Of a stretch of DNA of 64,000 nucleotides, positions 49,181 through 63,644 are shown one piece after another. The DNA lies in NCBI GenBank assembly GCA_963792585.1, contig CAWBWI010000003.1:1152001-1216000 (forward strand), in the 5' to 3' direction. How positions within the stretch are numbered: position 1 is the first letter of the stretch; every line of letters starts with the position of its first letter. The notes beneath the pieces were generated by a model that was not told where the DNA came from, made no database searches, and was given only the letters and a program-made list of their open reading frames with translations. Both the position numbers and the translations under genes were made by a program. Origin of the DNA: Candidatus Eiseniibacteriota bacterium. Its GTDB lineage: Bacteria > Eisenbacteria > RBG-16-71-46 > CAIMUX01 > VGJL01.

Positions 49181-49475
49181 CGGGATCGGAGCGTGACCCG
49201 GACGCCTGAACGGGCGCCCATCCTCATCGAATACCGTCGCGAGCCCTCAGGAACCTCACCAGCCGTGGGGTGCGGAGGGGACAAGCAGATATCGGACCGT
49301 CCGCATCCCGGTCCTCCGGGAAGGCGGCAACTCGCGGCGCAGGGGCCCCACAGGGCTGAACGGTCCGGAAAAGCTTTGGGTCGATTGTCTCGAAGCTGAA
49401 CAAGACGAAGATCGAACCTGGGCGGCCCCGCGAATGGGTCCGTACCGGTTGAAGGCTCTTTCCGAAGGAAGGTCT

Positions 49476-51557
49476 GTGCCGACTCATGCTCCTATCAAGA
49501 ACCTGCGAAACATCGGGATCATGGCCCATATCGACGCAGGCAAGACCACGCTCAGCGAACGGATCCTGTTCTTCACAGGAAAAGTCCATCGCATGGGCGA
49601 AGTGCATGATGGCGCTGCCACCATGGACTGGATGGCGCAGGAGCGGGAGCGGGGCATCACGATCACCTCGGCGGCGACCACATGCGACTGGAAGGACCAT
49701 TTGATCACGCTCATCGACACGCCCGGGCACGTCGACTTCACCGTTGAAGTCGAGCGGAGTCTTCGCGTGCTGGACGGCGCGGTCGCGGTCTTTTGCGGTG
49801 TCGGCGGGGTCGAGCCTCAGAGCGAGACGGTTTGGCGCCAGGCGGACAAGTACCGGGTTCCGCGGCTCGCCTTCGTCAACAAGATGGACCGCAACGGTTC
49901 CGACTTCTTCGCCGCGGTCCGAATGATGCGAGAGCGCCTCGGCGCCCATCCGGTCCCGATCCAGATTCCGGTGATGGTGGGCGACATCTTCCACAGCATC
50001 ATCGACCTCGTCGAGATGGTCGAAATCAACTACGTCGAGGAACATGGCCTTCCCGTCAGCCAGGAACATCCGATCGATCCCGACCTGCTGAGCTTCGCCG
50101 AGGAGCACCGGATCCGCATGCTGGAGGCCCTCGCCGAATACAACGATGAGCTGCTCGGAGCGCTATCTCGATCGCCATGACCTGCCGGTCGAGCTGATCA
50201 AGCAAGCGATCCGCCAGGGAACCCTCGAGGCCAGGATCACGCCGGTTCTTTGCGGTTCCGCCTACAGGAACAAGGGTGTCCGCCGCCTGCTCGATGCGGT
50301 GGTCGACTACCTTCCCTCGCCGGCCGACATGCCGCCCGTGGTGGGTGAGAATCCGGATACCCTCGAGCGCGAAGAGCGCGCTCCGACGATGGAAGAGCCG
50401 ATGAGCGCCGTCGTCTTCAAGATCATGACGGACCCCTATTCGGGCAAGCTCGCGTTCTTCCGTGTCTACTCAGGCCGACTCGCGACGGGCGACACGATGG
50501 TCAATGTCGGGAAGGGCATCACCGAGCGAATCGGCCGGATCGTCCGCCTCCACGCGAATCAGCGGGAGGAGTGCACCGAGATGTCGGTCGGCGAGATCGG
50601 GGCCCTGGTGGGGCTGCGCAAGGCCACGACCGGCGACACGCTCGCCGAGCGCAGCGCACCCGATCCTGCTCGAGAAGATCGTGTTCCCGGAGCCGGTTCT
50701 GGCCGTTGCGATCGAGCCGCACAGCAAGGCCGACCCGGACCGGCTCTCGATTGCGCTCGAAAAGCTGTCCGAGGAGGATCCTTCCTTCCGGGTGCGGACG
50801 GACGAGGATACGGGCCAGACGGTGATCTCCGGCATGGGTGAGCTGCACCTCGAGATCCTCGTCGACCGGATGAAGCGTGAACACAACGTGGCGGCGAACG
50901 TCGGACGCCCTCAGGTCTCCTACAAGGAGACGATCACGCAGGCAACCGAGGCCCGCGGGCGCTTCGTCAAGCAGACGGGCGGCCACGGGCAGTACGGAGA
51001 CGTGCAGATCCGGATCGAGCCGGCCCCGGGGCAGGGCTTCGTCTGGGAGAACGCGATCGTCGGCGGCACGATCCCGCGCGAGTTCATCGCGCCGATCGAA
51101 CGCGGGCGTCAAGGAAGCGATGCAAGACGGCGTCGTCGCCGGTTACCCGATGGTCGACGTCAAGGTGACCCTGCTCGACGGGTCGTACCACGAGGTCGAC
51201 TCCTCCGAGATGGCGTTCAAGGTCGCAGGTTCGATGGCTTTCCGTGAGGCGGCCCACAAGGCCCGCGCCCGGTCTGCTCGAGCCGGTCATGGATGTCGAA
51301 GTCGGTCGTTCCGGAAGCCTACGTCGGCGAGGTGATGGGAGATCTGCTCGTCGCGACGGGGGAAGGTCGGCGGCATGTTCGAGCGGGGCGATGCGCGCGT
51401 CGTCGCGGCCCATGTCCCGCTCTCCGAGATGTTCGGTTACGCGACGAAGCTTCGCTCGATGACACAGGGACGGGGGATCTACTCGATGCAGTTCTCCCGG
51501 TACGACTTCATGCCCGAGGCACTTGCCGAAGAGGTGATCAAGAAGGTCAAGGGTTAG
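49476..51557 (+). CDS. fusA: Elongation factor G; several frameshifts (probable artefacts)
   Basis: [62 protein letters not shown]. Confidence 0.95.
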
Positions 51558-51618
51558 AGCCGTCCTGCGCCGCGACAAGCCCGCGCAGATGGTCCTGCAT
51601 GGGAGGAATGAGGAAGTT

Positions 51619-52809
<1,191 letters not shown>

Positions 52810-52835
52810 CTCGAACCTCGGAAGGAGCGACAGAG

Positions 52836-53144
<309 letters not shown>

Positions 53145-53168
53145 GCCCGAAGGAACGCAAGGAGACGA

Positions 53169-53810
53169 ATGATGTTGGGTCTGATCGGGCGAAAAGTCGG
53201 GATGACGCAGATCTTCCTCGAGAACGGCGCCGCCGTCCCCGTGACGGTGATCGAGGCCGGGCCCCTGCCCCGTGGTCGATGTGCGCACGGCCGAGAAGGA
53301 TGGCTACAAGCGCCGTCCAGCTCGCCTGGGGAGAGGTCAAGGAGAAGAAGCTGTCGAAGGCCGAGGTGGGGCACCTGAAGTCCAAGAATCTCGGACCGAT
53401 GAGGCACCTCCGCGAGTTCCGCACGGAGCGCGGGGACCTCAAGACGGGCGACACGCTCTCCGTGGATCTCTTCGAGGTCGGCCAGCAAGGTCGACGTCAT
53501 CGCCACGAGCATCGGCCGTGGATTCCAGGGTGTCGTCAAGCGGCACCACTTCCGCGGCGGACCGGCGAGCCACGGCTGCAAGACCAAGGACATGCCCGGA
53601 TCGGTCGGCGCGTCGGCATGGCCGTCGCACGTCATCAAGGGCAAGCGCTTGCCGGGACAGATGGGCAACAAGCGGATCACGGTCAAGAACCTCCAGGTCG
53701 TGCGGATCGACAAGGAACGCAACCTGGTCGTGCTTCGGGGCGCGATCCCGGGCGCGGTGAACGGACTCGTTCTCGTGCGCCAGGTGATCAAGGTCGGACA
53801 GGAGGGTTAG
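53169..53810 (+). CDS. rplC: 50S ribosomal protein L3; frameshifts
   Basis: [39 protein letters not shown]. Confidence 0.93.
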
Positions 53811-53814
53811 GCAG

Positions 53815-54450
53815 GTGGCCACCGCAAAGCTCTACGCCCCCACCGGCGAGGAGAAGGGAACGGTCGAGCTGCCCGATTGGGCGTTCGCTCAGCCGATCCA
53901 TCGACACGCCATGTGGGAGGTCGTTCGCAACTACCTCGCCAACATCCGGCTCGGGACGGTTGCAGACCAAGACCCGATCCTTCGTCAGCGGCGGCGGCAA
54001 GAAGCCGTTCGCGCAGAAGAAGACCGGACGGGCCCGCGCGGGCACGACTCGTTCGCCGATCTGGGTCGGCGGCGGCCGCGCGCACGGACCCAAGCCCCGA
54101 AGCTACAGCTTCGAGGTTCCGAAGAAGGTCCGCCGTCTCGCACTCCGCTCCGCCCTCTCGATGAAGGCGCGGCAGGAGCACGTGGCGGTCCTCTCCGATC
54201 TGCCGCTGCAGGACGCGAAGACCCGTGAGGTCTATCTCGGTCCTGAGGAACCTGGGGATCGCCGGTACGAAGACCCTCCTCGTGCTCCCCGAGTACGACG
54301 AGAGAATGCTGCGCGCGGCGCGCAACCTCCCGAAGGTGAGCACGGCGGTCTTCACGAACCTGCATACCTATCAGGTGATCGAGCAGTGACCGGCTCGTCC
54401 TGCTGCAGAGCACGGTGAGCAAGATGCAGGAAGCCGAGGTGCAGAAATGA
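53815..54450 (+). CDS. rplD: 50S ribosomal protein L4; frameshifts
   Basis: GGGKKPFAQKKTGRARAG..RSP, GPKPR, ARNLP. Confidence 0.92.
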
Positions 54451-54737
54451 AGGAGCCGAGGGCCATCATTCGGCGCGCGCTGATCACCGAGAAGGGGTCC
54501 CGGATCCGCGAGGCGCAGAACCGGTACTACTTCCAGGTCAGTCCCGACGCGAACAAGCTCGAGATCAAGAGCGCGATCCAGACGATCTTCAAGGTCGACG
54601 TTCTGGACGTCCGGACGATCAGTGTTCGCGGGAAGTTCAAGAGACTGGGTCGGACACAGGGCCGACGTTCATCATGGAAGAAGGCCATCGTCACGCTGAA
54701 GCCCGGCCAGACGATCGAGCTGTTCGATACCATCTAA
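54447..54737 (+). CDS. rplW: 50S ribosomal protein L23
   Basis: ITEK, ANKLEIK, WKKAIVTL. Confidence 0.96.
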   Translation: MKEPRAIIRRALITEKGSRIREAQNRYYFQVSPDANKLEIKSAIQTIFKVDVLDVRTISVRGKFKRLGRTQGRRSSWKKAIVTLKPGQTIELFDTI

Positions 54738-54760
54738 CTCCGGCTGGAGGATCGGTCAGA

Positions 54761-55592
54761 ATGGCTGTCAAGAAATTCAAGCCCACGACCCCGAGCCTTC
54801 GGTATCAAGACGGTCTCGGATTTCTCCGAGCTCTCGAAGAAGAAGCCGGAGAAGGCGCTGACAAGTCCGAAGAAGTCGACGGGTGGACGAAACAATCACG
54901 GGCGCGTAACCGCCTGGTGCCGCGGCGGCGGTCACAAGCGCCGCTATCCGTATCATCGACTTTCACCGGAAGAAGCACGGAATCCCGGCGAAGGTCGCGG
55001 CGATCGAGTACGATCCGAACCGCAGCGCCCGCATCGCGCTGCTGCACTATGCGGACGGCGAGAAGCGTTACATCCTCGCGCCGATCGGCGTGGCGGTGGG
55101 CGACACGCTTGATGTCCGGCCCCGACGTCGAGATCCGCGAGGGCAACGCGATGCCGCTCCGCAGCGTTCCGCCGGGCACGAGCGATCCACAACATCGAGC
55201 TGATCCCCGGCAAGGGCGGTCAGGTCGCGCGCGGGGCCGGGAGCGAGTGTCAGATCATGGCCAAGGAAGGGCGCTTCGCGCAGGTGAAGCTCCCGTCGGG
55301 CGAGGTTCGGAGGTTCGATCTCGACTGCTACTGCACCCTCGGCAAGGTCGGCAACGTCGACCACGAGAACGTCGATCATCGGCAAGGCCGGCCGGAACCG
55401 CTGGCTGGGCTGGCGGTCGAGTTCCCGCGGCGTCGCCATGAACCCGCACGATCACCCGATGGGCGGTGGCGAAGGCAAGAGCTCCGGCGGACGGCATCCG
55501 TGCACGCCGTGGGGCAAGCCGACCAAGGGTTACAAGACGCGCAAGAAGAAGCTGTCGGACAAGCTCATCGTCCGGCGGCGAATAAGAAGTAG
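54761..55592 (+). CDS. rplB: 50S ribosomal protein L2; frameshifts
   Basis: [45 protein letters not shown]. Confidence 0.94.
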
Positions 55593-55618
55593 TACGGTCG
55601 CGGACCGGAGAGGGTGCG

Positions 55619-55904
55619 ATGGCTAGATCGCTGAAGAAGGGTCCCTTCGTGGACACCAAGTCTGGCGAAGAAGATCGATGAGATGAACAGATCGAAGGAG
55701 AAGAAGGTCGTTCGGACCTGGGCGCGCCGTAGCACGGTGATCCCGGAGTTCGTCGGCCACACCGTCGCCGTGCACAACGGCAACAAGTTCATCCCGATCT
55801 ACGTCACCGAGAACATGGTTGGGCACAAGCTCGGCGAGTTCGCCCCCACGCGGATGTTCCGCGGGCACGCGCACTCGGACAAGAGCACGACGCCCGCGAA
55901 GTAG
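55619..55904 (+). CDS. rpsS: 30S ribosomal protein S19; one frameshift ~55660
   Basis: [29 protein letters not shown]. Confidence 0.95.
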
Positions 55905-55921
55905 GGCGCGGAGGCAGGCAG

Positions 55922-56263
55922 ATGGAGAGCAGAGCGATCGCCCGCTACGTGCGGGTCACTCCCCGAAAGGCGGATCGGGTGCTCCGACTGATTCGGGGGA
56001 TCAATGTGGAGCGGGCCGAGGAGATCCTCGCCTTCACGCCGCGTCCGATCGCGCGCCAGATCAACAAGGTGCTCAAGTCGGCGGTGGCGAACGCCACGAA
56101 GAAGGAAGAGAAGCTCAAAGTCGATGAGTTGTACGTGAAGATGGCCGTGTCCGGCGCGGGACCGATCCTGAAGCGGTTCCTGCCACGCGCCCACGGTCGC
56201 GCGACGAGATTCTGGAAGCGGACGAGTCACATCACGATCGTCGTTTCCAACGGCAAGAAGTAG
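55922..56263 (+). CDS. rplV: 50S ribosomal protein L22
   Basis: TPRKA, SAVANA, PRAHGRA, RTSHITI. Confidence 0.96.
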   Translation: MESRAIARYVRVTPRKADRVLRLIRGINVERAEEILAFTPRPIARQINKVLKSAVANATKKEEKLKVDELYVKMAVSGAGPILKRFLPRAHGRATRFWKRTSHITIVVSNGKK

Positions 56264-56286
56264 CTGGGAAGGTTTCGGAGGGAAAC

Positions 56287-56970
56287 TTGGGACAGAAGAT
56301 GCAATCCGATCGGTCTTCGGCTCGGGATCGTCAAGACCTGGGACTCCCGCTGGTTCGCCAGGAAGGATTACGCGGACCTTCTCGAGGAGGACATCACGAT
56401 CCGGCGCTACCTTCGCAAGCGCCTCCCGAACAGCGGAATCTCGAAGAGTGATCATCGAGCGCGCCTCGAACAAGGTCGACGTGACGATCCACACGGCCAA
56501 GCCCGGGGTGGTGATCGGCAAGAGCGGGGCGCAGGTCAATCAGCTCCGAGATGAGCTGCAGCACCTGACCAAGAAGGACGTCTTCATCGACATCAAGGCG
56601 GTCGAGAATCCCGAGGCCGATTCCCAGCTGGTCGCCGAGCAGATCGCTCGTCAGCTCGAGCAGCGTGTCGGCTTCCGGCGCGTCCTGAAGAGGGCGGTTT
56701 CGCAAGCGATGCGCGCGGGCGCGAAGGGTGTGCGCGTCGTCGCTTCAGGCCGCATCGGCGGCGCCGAGATGGCCCGCACCGAGGGGTACCGCGAGGGTCG
56801 TGTTCCTCTCCACACGCTGCGGGCGGACATCGATTACGCCACCTGCCACGGCCGTAACGACCTTCGGCGCGGTCGGGGTGAAGGTTTGGATCTTCCACGG
56901 GGAGATCCTCGATACGACGGATGTTGGCGGCAGCGCCTCCAGTCCCGAGGGACGCCGCCCGCGCGGTTAG
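56287..56970 (+). CDS. rpsC: 30S ribosomal protein S3; frameshifts
   Basis: [18 protein letters not shown] domain [29 protein letters not shown]. Confidence 0.93.
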
Positions 56971-57012
56971 CGCGCGGGTCGGACGGACAAAGGCAGAAGG
57001 AGTAGAGATCCC

Positions 57013-57427
57013 ATGTTGATGCCGAAGCGGGTAAAGCACCGCAAACAGCAGCGCGGCAGAATGGGCGGAAAGGCGACCCGGGGCGCGGACCTGGCGTTCG
57101 GCGACTTCGGACTGAAGGCGCTCGAGCCCGGGTGGGTCACGAACACGCAGATCGAGGCCGCGCGTGTCGCGATCAACCGTCATGTCAAGCGCGGCGGCAA
57201 GATGTGGATCCGGATCTTTCCGGACAAGCCGGTGACCGCGAAGCCCGCCGAAACGCGAATGGGTAGCGGCAAGGGGAATCCAGAGTCGTGGGTGGCGGTC
57301 GTGAAGCCCGGGACGGATCCTGTTCGAACTCGAGGGGATCACCGCGGAACTCGCGAACGAGGCCCTTCGCCTCGGCGCATCCAAACTCGCGATCAAGACC
57401 AAGATCGTCCAGCGCCAGGAGTACTAA
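57013..57427 (+). CDS. rplP: 50S ribosomal protein L16; one frameshift ~57313
   Basis: [28 protein letters not shown]. Confidence 0.95.
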
Positions 57428-57430
57428 GAG

Positions 57431-57670
57431 ATGAAAGAGAACAGGGCGGCCGTGCTCCGAGAGCACAATACGGTGGAGGATATCCGTCACAAGATCCATG
57501 AGTTGAACGAGGAGCTGTTCAACCTGCGTTTCCGCAACTCGGTCAAGCAGCTCGACAACCCTCTGAAGATTCGCGAGGTGCGTCGGGACTTGGCTCGGAT
57601 GCTGACGCTGCTCCGCGAGCACGACAAGGGGATCCGCCGCCTGGCCGAGCATCCGGGCGCGACGAAGTGA
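57431..57670 (+). CDS. rpmC: 50S ribosomal protein L29
   Basis: [22 protein letters not shown]. Confidence 0.93.
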   Translation: MKENRAAVLREHNTVEDIRHKIHELNEELFNLRFRNSVKQLDNPLKIREVRRDLARMLTLLREHDKGIRRLAEHPGATK

Positions 57671-57678
57671 GGAATGTG

Positions 57679-57936
57679 ATGAGCGACAGGTTGCAGCGCA
57701 AGGTGCGCGAAGGCAGGGTCATCAGCAATAAGATGGACAAGACGGTCGTGGTCGAACAGCGCCGGCGGGTCCAGCATCCCGTGTACAAGCGGTACATTAC
57801 CCTGACCAAGAAGTACTACGCGCACGACGAGAAGAACGAATGCCAGATCGGTGATTTCGTGAGGATCATGGAGACCCGTCCTCTCAGCAAACAGAAGCGC
57901 TGGCGAGTGGCCGAGGTCCTCGAGAAGGTCCAGTAG
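57679..57936 (+). CDS. rpsQ: 30S ribosomal protein S17
   Basis: [24 protein letters not shown]; alternative start 57667. Confidence 0.96.
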   Translation: MSDRLQRKVREGRVISNKMDKTVVVEQRRRVQHPVYKRYITLTKKYYAHDEKNECQIGDFVRIMETRPLSKQKRWRVAEVLEKVQ

Positions 57937-57978
57937 GCCGACCTTGGGGCGGTCACTGGCTAACGGTGGGGTGAAACG

Positions 57979-58347
57979 ATGATCCAGCAGCAGACGATGT
58001 TGACGATCTCGGACAACACCGGGGCTCGTCGGGCAATGTGTATCAAGGTTCTCGGGGGAACTCGGCGGCGCTACGCGTACGTCGGGGACATCATCGTCGT
58101 TGCTATCAAGGACGCGATCCCCAATGGCGCCGTCAAGAAGGGCGAGAAGGCCCGGGCGGTCATCATTCGGACGAAGAAGGAAATCCGTCGGAAGGACGGT
58201 TCCTACATCCGTTTCGATCAGAACGCCGCGGTCCTGATCGACAAGGCCAAGGAGCCGAGAGGCACCCGTATTTTTGGACCCGTTGCGCGGGAGTTGAGGG
58301 AGAAGGAGTTCATGAAGATCATCTCCCTGGCGCCCGAGGTCATCTAA
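57979..58347 (+). CDS. rplN: 50S ribosomal protein L14
   Basis: [29 protein letters not shown]. Confidence 0.98.
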   Translation: MIQQQTMLTISDNTGARRAMCIKVLGGTRRRYAYVGDIIVVAIKDAIPNGAVKKGEKARAVIIRTKKEIRRKDGSYIRFDQNAAVLIDKAKEPRGTRIFGPVARELREKEFMKIISLAPEVI

Positions 58348-58371
58348 CCGGTCCGTGGAGGTGTCGCGATC

Positions 58372-58728
58372 ATGATTCGCAAAGGTGACACGGTTGTCGT
58401 GATTCGGGGCGAGGACAAAGGCAAGACAGGTCGCGTCCTTTCCGTCGATCCGAAGAAGAAGATGGTGGTCGTGCAGAGAGTCCGGCTCGTCCAGCGGCAC
58501 CAGAAGCCCGGCCGCAGCCAGCAGATCAAGCAGGGCACCGTCGAGAAGGAGCTTCCGATCCAGATGTCCGCGCTCGCGTTGATCGATCCGAAGTCGAGCA
58601 AGCCGACCAGGGTGCGGGCCGAACTGCCCCAGTCCGGCGATGTGGACAAGAAGGAAATCCGGCGCGGTAAGGTCCGGCGGAGCGTGCGCTCCGGCGTTGA
58701 AATCGAGAAGCCCGTGGTGAAGTCGTAA
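58372..58728 (+). CDS. rplX: 50S ribosomal protein L24
   Basis: [25 protein letters not shown]. Confidence 0.94.
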   Translation: MIRKGDTVVVIRGEDKGKTGRVLSVDPKKKMVVVQRVRLVQRHQKPGRSQQIKQGTVEKELPIQMSALALIDPKSSKPTRVRAELPQSGDVDKKEIRRGKVRRSVRSGVEIEKPVVKS

Positions 58729-58757
58729 CGCCGGAAGGCGCGACCCTTGAGGAGACC

Positions 58758-59396
58758 ATGAGCGAGAACCCGAAGAAGAAGGCGGAAAAGGGGAAGCCGA
58801 CCCAAGCAGAGGGGAAGGCTGTCGCGGCGCCGGCCGTGAAGGAAAAGGCGCCCGATTCGCGCGGCCGGAAGGTCTACCGCGAAGAGGTCGTTCCCTACCT
58901 GGTGAAGCGGTTCGCGTACAGGAGCCCGATGCAGGTCCCGTATCTCGAGAAGATCGTGGTCAACATGGGCATCGGGGATTCCCTGGCGAACATCAAGTTG
59001 CTCGACGCGGCGGTCGCCGATCTGCAGGCGATCACCGGACAGAAGGCGGCGATCCGGCGGTCGAAAGTGTCGATCGCGAACTTCAAGCTCCGTGCCGGCG
59101 CGCCCATCGGCGCCATGGTCACCCTACGGGGGCCGCGGATGTGGGAGTTCCTCGATCGCCTTCTGATCGTGGCGATCCCGACGATTCGCGACTTTCGGGG
59201 CCTTTCCACGAAGTCGTTCGATGGTCGCGGGAACTACACGTTCGGTATCAAAGAGCAGACGATCTTCCCGGAGATCAAGTACGAGAAGGTCGAGAAGATC
59301 CGCGGGATGGACATCACGCTGGTCACGAGTGCCAGAAACGATGAGGAAGGCTACGAGTTGCTCAAGGCAATGAAGTGGCCGTTCCGAGAGAAGTAG
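58758..59396 (+). CDS. rplE: 50S ribosomal protein L5 with N-terminal extension
   Basis: [31 protein letters not shown]. Confidence 0.97.
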   Translation: MSENPKKKAEKGKPTQAEGKAVAAPAVKEKAPDSRGRKVYREEVVPYLVKRFAYRSPMQVPYLEKIVVNMGIGDSLANIKLLDAAVADLQAITGQKAAIRRSKVSIANFKLRAGAPIGAMVTLRGPRMWEFLDRLLIVAIPTIRDFRGLSTKSFDGRGNYTFGIKEQTIFPEIKYEKVEKIRGMDITLVTSARNDEEGYELLKAMKWPFREK

Positions 59397-59430
59397 ACAA
59401 CGGCAGGTTCGGAGCGGAGGAAGCCCAAGC

Positions 59431-59616
59431 GTGGCGAAGAAGTGTCTGATCGAAAAGAGTCGACGCAAGCCGAAGTTCGGGGTCCGTGCCTACAGCCGCT
59501 GTCGGCAGTGTGGTCGCCCGAGGGCGTACATGCGGAAGTTCGCACTCTGCCGGATCTGTTTCCGGAATCTGGCGTTGGGCGGAGAACTTCCGGGCGTGGT
59601 CAAGGCGAGCTGGTAG
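59431..59616 (+). CDS. rpsN: 30S ribosomal protein S14 type Z
   Basis: 61 aa, [24 protein letters not shown]. Confidence 0.96.
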   Translation: MAKKCLIEKSRRKPKFGVRAYSRCRQCGRPRAYMRKFALCRICFRNLALGGELPGVVKASW

Positions 59617-59674
59617 GCAGTAACGGAAGAGCCCCTTCCGCTCGCGGGAGCGGGCTCGCTGGAGTCAAGAAGAG

Positions 59675-60073
59675 ATGAGCCAGACCGATCCAATCGCGGA
59701 CATGCTGACTTGCATCCGCAATGCGGTCCGAGCGGGTCATCGCCGGGTGGACATCCCGGCGTCGAACCAGAAGACCGCTATCGCCGAGGCCCTGCTGCGG
59801 GAGCACTTCATCCAGAGCTTCCGGAAGATCGAGGACGATAAGCAGGGACTCGTCCGCATCTATCTGAAGTACGACTCGAACGAGGTGCCGGTGATCACCG
59901 GAATCCAGCGTGTGAGTCGACCGGGCCTGCGCGCATACGTAGGCAAGGACGAAATCCCGCGTGTGATGAGCGGGATGGGCGCCGCGATTCTGTCGACGAC
60001 CCGCGGCATCCTGACGGACAAGGAAGCTCGCGCCCAGGGTCTGGGTGGTGAGCTCCTCGCACGGGTCTGGTAA
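59675..60073 (+). CDS. rpsH: 30S ribosomal protein S8
   Basis: TDPIADML, SRPGLR, GGE. Confidence 0.97.
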   Translation: MSQTDPIADMLTCIRNAVRAGHRRVDIPASNQKTAIAEALLREHFIQSFRKIEDDKQGLVRIYLKYDSNEVPVITGIQRVSRPGLRAYVGKDEIPRVMSGMGAAILSTTRGILTDKEARAQGLGGELLARVW

Positions 60074-60103
60074 AGACGGTCCGGAGAAAACGGGAGAATC
60101 GAT

Positions 60104-60643
60104 ATGTCGCGCGTTGGCAAGAAAGCGATTCCGATCCCCAAGGGGGTCAGCCTCGTCCAGGACGGTAACACCGTTCGGGCGAAGGGTCCCCTCGGTGAGC
60201 TGTCCGGGCAGCTCCGAGACGGGATGACGGTGCGAATCGAAGAATCGATCGCGCACGTCGACTCGGGTCTGCCGACGAAGCAGGGGAGCGCCCTCCATGG
60301 GGTGTCCCGGGCCATCGTCGCCAACCTCGTCGAAGGGGTCAGCTTGGGCTTCAAGCGGGATATGGAGATCATCGGCACGGGATACCGTGTCAGCCTCGAC
60401 GGGCGAAAGTTGGTCTTCAAGCTGAACTATGACCATCCGATCGAGTTCCCGCTTCCGGATGGCATCACTGCGGAGGTCGCTGACCGTCCCCCGCGTGTCA
60501 CGGTCAAGGGAATCGATAAATATCTGGTCGGGCAGACGGCGGCGAATATCCGCCGGCTCCAGCCGCCCGAACCCTACAAGGGCAAGGGGATCAAATACGT
60601 CGACGAGACGGTCCGGCGCAAGGCCGGGAAGTCGGCCGGCTAG
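60104..60643 (+). CDS. rplF: 50S ribosomal protein L6
   Basis: [23 protein letters not shown]. Confidence 0.97.
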   Translation: MSRVGKKAIPIPKGVSLVQDGNTVRAKGPLGELSGQLRDGMTVRIEESIAHVDSGLPTKQGSALHGVSRAIVANLVEGVSLGFKRDMEIIGTGYRVSLDGRKLVFKLNYDHPIEFPLPDGITAEVADRPPRVTVKGIDKYLVGQTAANIRRLQPPEPYKGKGIKYVDETVRRKAGKSAG

Positions 60644-60666
60644 CGAATTCCGGGAGGGGTTCGAGC

Positions 60667-61038
60667 ATGACATCGGTTGCGAACAAGAGAATGACGGCGC
60701 GGCTGAAGCGCCACCGTCGGATACGCAAGAAGTTGCGTGGCACGGCGGAGGTTCCGAGGCTCTGCGTTTTCCGCAGCTCGATCCACATCTACGCGCAACT
60801 CATCAACGACGACCTTGGAGCGTCGCTGTGCGGCGCCTCGACTCTGAGTCCGGCCATCCGCGAGGAGGTCAAGGGGCTGAAGAAGATCGAGCGAAGCAAG
60901 CGCGTCGGGCTGCTGATCGCGAAGCTCGCACGGGAGAAGGGCATCGAGAAGGTGGCCTTCGACCGCGGCGGATACCTGTACCACGGACGCGTTCGGGCCC
61001 TCGCCGACGGCGCCCGTGAGGGCGGACTGAAGTTCTAG
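60667..61038 (+). CDS. rplR: 50S ribosomal protein L18
   Basis: [20 protein letters not shown]. Confidence 0.97.
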   Translation: MTSVANKRMTARLKRHRRIRKKLRGTAEVPRLCVFRSSIHIYAQLINDDLGASLCGASTLSPAIREEVKGLKKIERSKRVGLLIAKLAREKGIEKVAFDRGGYLYHGRVRALADGAREGGLKF

Positions 61039-61067
61039 GGCTTGGTGCCCAGAGTGAGGGAGATGCC

Positions 61068-61667
61068 TTGAGAGGAGATCGTGGGGATCGGCCGCGCGAT
61101 GCGCGAGACCGCGGCGGCGAGTGGGGAAGCGAGCCGGAGTACATCGAGCGCGTCATCCACATCAACCGAGTGGCAAAGGTTGTGAAGGGTGGACGTCGGT
61201 TCAGCTTCAACGCGATCGTCGCTGTCGGCAATCAGAAGGGAAAAGTCGGCGTCGGCTTGGGGAAGGCCAACGAAGTCTCGGAGGCGATCCGCAAGGCGGG
61301 CGAGGCGGCCCGGAAGAACGTGATCGAAGTTCCGCTGCTGCGGACGACGATCCCCCATGCGATCGAAGGACACTTCGGCGCGGGACGCGTTCTGCTGAAG
61401 CCTGCTTCTGAAGGAACGGGCCTGATCGCGGGTGGCGGAGTGCGGGCGGTGCTCGAGGTCGCCGGGATCAGCGATCTGCTGACCAAGAGCCTCGGGAGCT
61501 CCAATCCCCACAATGTGGTCAAGGCGACGATGGACGGCCTGACGAGGCTGCGCAGGGCGGCGGCGGTCGCCCACAGGCGCGAGATGACCGTGGGACAGCT
61601 CCTCGGTTTCGCGCGGCCCACGGGAGGGGAGAATGTCGAAGCGGCTCAGAATCCAGCAGATCTCTAG
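61068..61667 (+). CDS. rpsE: 30S ribosomal protein S5
   Basis: [35 protein letters not shown]; the C-terminus overlaps rpmD. Confidence 0.95.
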   Translation: MRGDRGDRPRDARDRGGEWGSEPEYIERVIHINRVAKVVKGGRRFSFNAIVAVGNQKGKVGVGLGKANEVSEAIRKAGEAARKNVIEVPLLRTTIPHAIEGHFGAGRVLLKPASEGTGLIAGGGVRAVLEVAGISDLLTKSLGSSNPHNVVKATMDGLTRLRRAAAVAHRREMTVGQLLGFARPTGGENVEAAQNPADL

Positions 61668-61821
61668 CAGCATCAAGTGCCTGGAGGGGCAGAAGAGAAC
61701 CCTCCGCGCTCTCGGTCTGCGGCGGATCCGCCATGTCGTCGAGCAACCGGACAACCCGCAGATCCGCGGGATGGTGTTCCACGTTAAGCACCTCGTCAAA
61801 GTCGAGGAGATTGAGGCGTAA
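61633..61821 (+). CDS. rpmD: 50S ribosomal protein L30
   Basis: [20 protein letters not shown]. Confidence 0.95.
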   Translation: MSKRLRIQQISSSIKCLEGQKRTLRALGLRRIRHVVEQPDNPQIRGMVFHVKHLVKVEEIEA

Positions 61822-61848
61822 CCGACGCCGGGAGAGGGGTCGAGTCCG

Positions 61849-62311
61849 ATGAAGCTCAACGAACTGAGGCCCGCCAAGGGTGCGACGAAGAAGCGCAAGA
61901 GGGTCGGTTGCGGAACCGGCTCCGGTCACGGCGGAACGTCGACCCGCGGCCACAAGGGCCACAAGGCCCGCTCTGGCGGGAAAGTTGCCAACTGGTTCGA
62001 AGGCGGCCAGATGCCGCTGCAGCGGCGGGTCCCCAAGAGGGGCTTCACCAATATTCACAAGACGACCTATCAGGTCGTCAATGTCGGTGATCTGACCAGC
62101 TTCGATGCGGGCAGCACCGTCGACCCGGCAGGGCTCGCGAAGGCCGGACTGGCCAAGCGGAAGTTGATGGTGAAATTGTTGGCGGAGGGAACGCTGGACC
62201 GCGGGATTGTCATTCGCGTTCACGCGGCGAGTGCGGCGGCGAAGGCGAAGGTTGAGGCGGCTGGTGGACGTGTTGAGATCCTGACCCCAAAGGTCGATCG
62301 AGGCCCAGAGA

Positions 62312-62319
<8 letters not shown>
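61849..62319 (+). CDS. rplO: 50S ribosomal protein L15
   Basis: GSGHG, RGHKG, FEGGQMPL.RRVPKRGF. Confidence 0.97.
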
Positions 62320-63628
<1,309 letters not shown>

Positions 63629-63644
63629 CAGGGGGCTTCTTCGG

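Noticed and set aside
49200..49445. HDV-like ribozyme suggested by GCGAATGGGTC near 49430
   Set aside because: Could not build the P1/P3/L3/P1.1 core upstream; the resemblance is limited to a short J4/2-P2-like word
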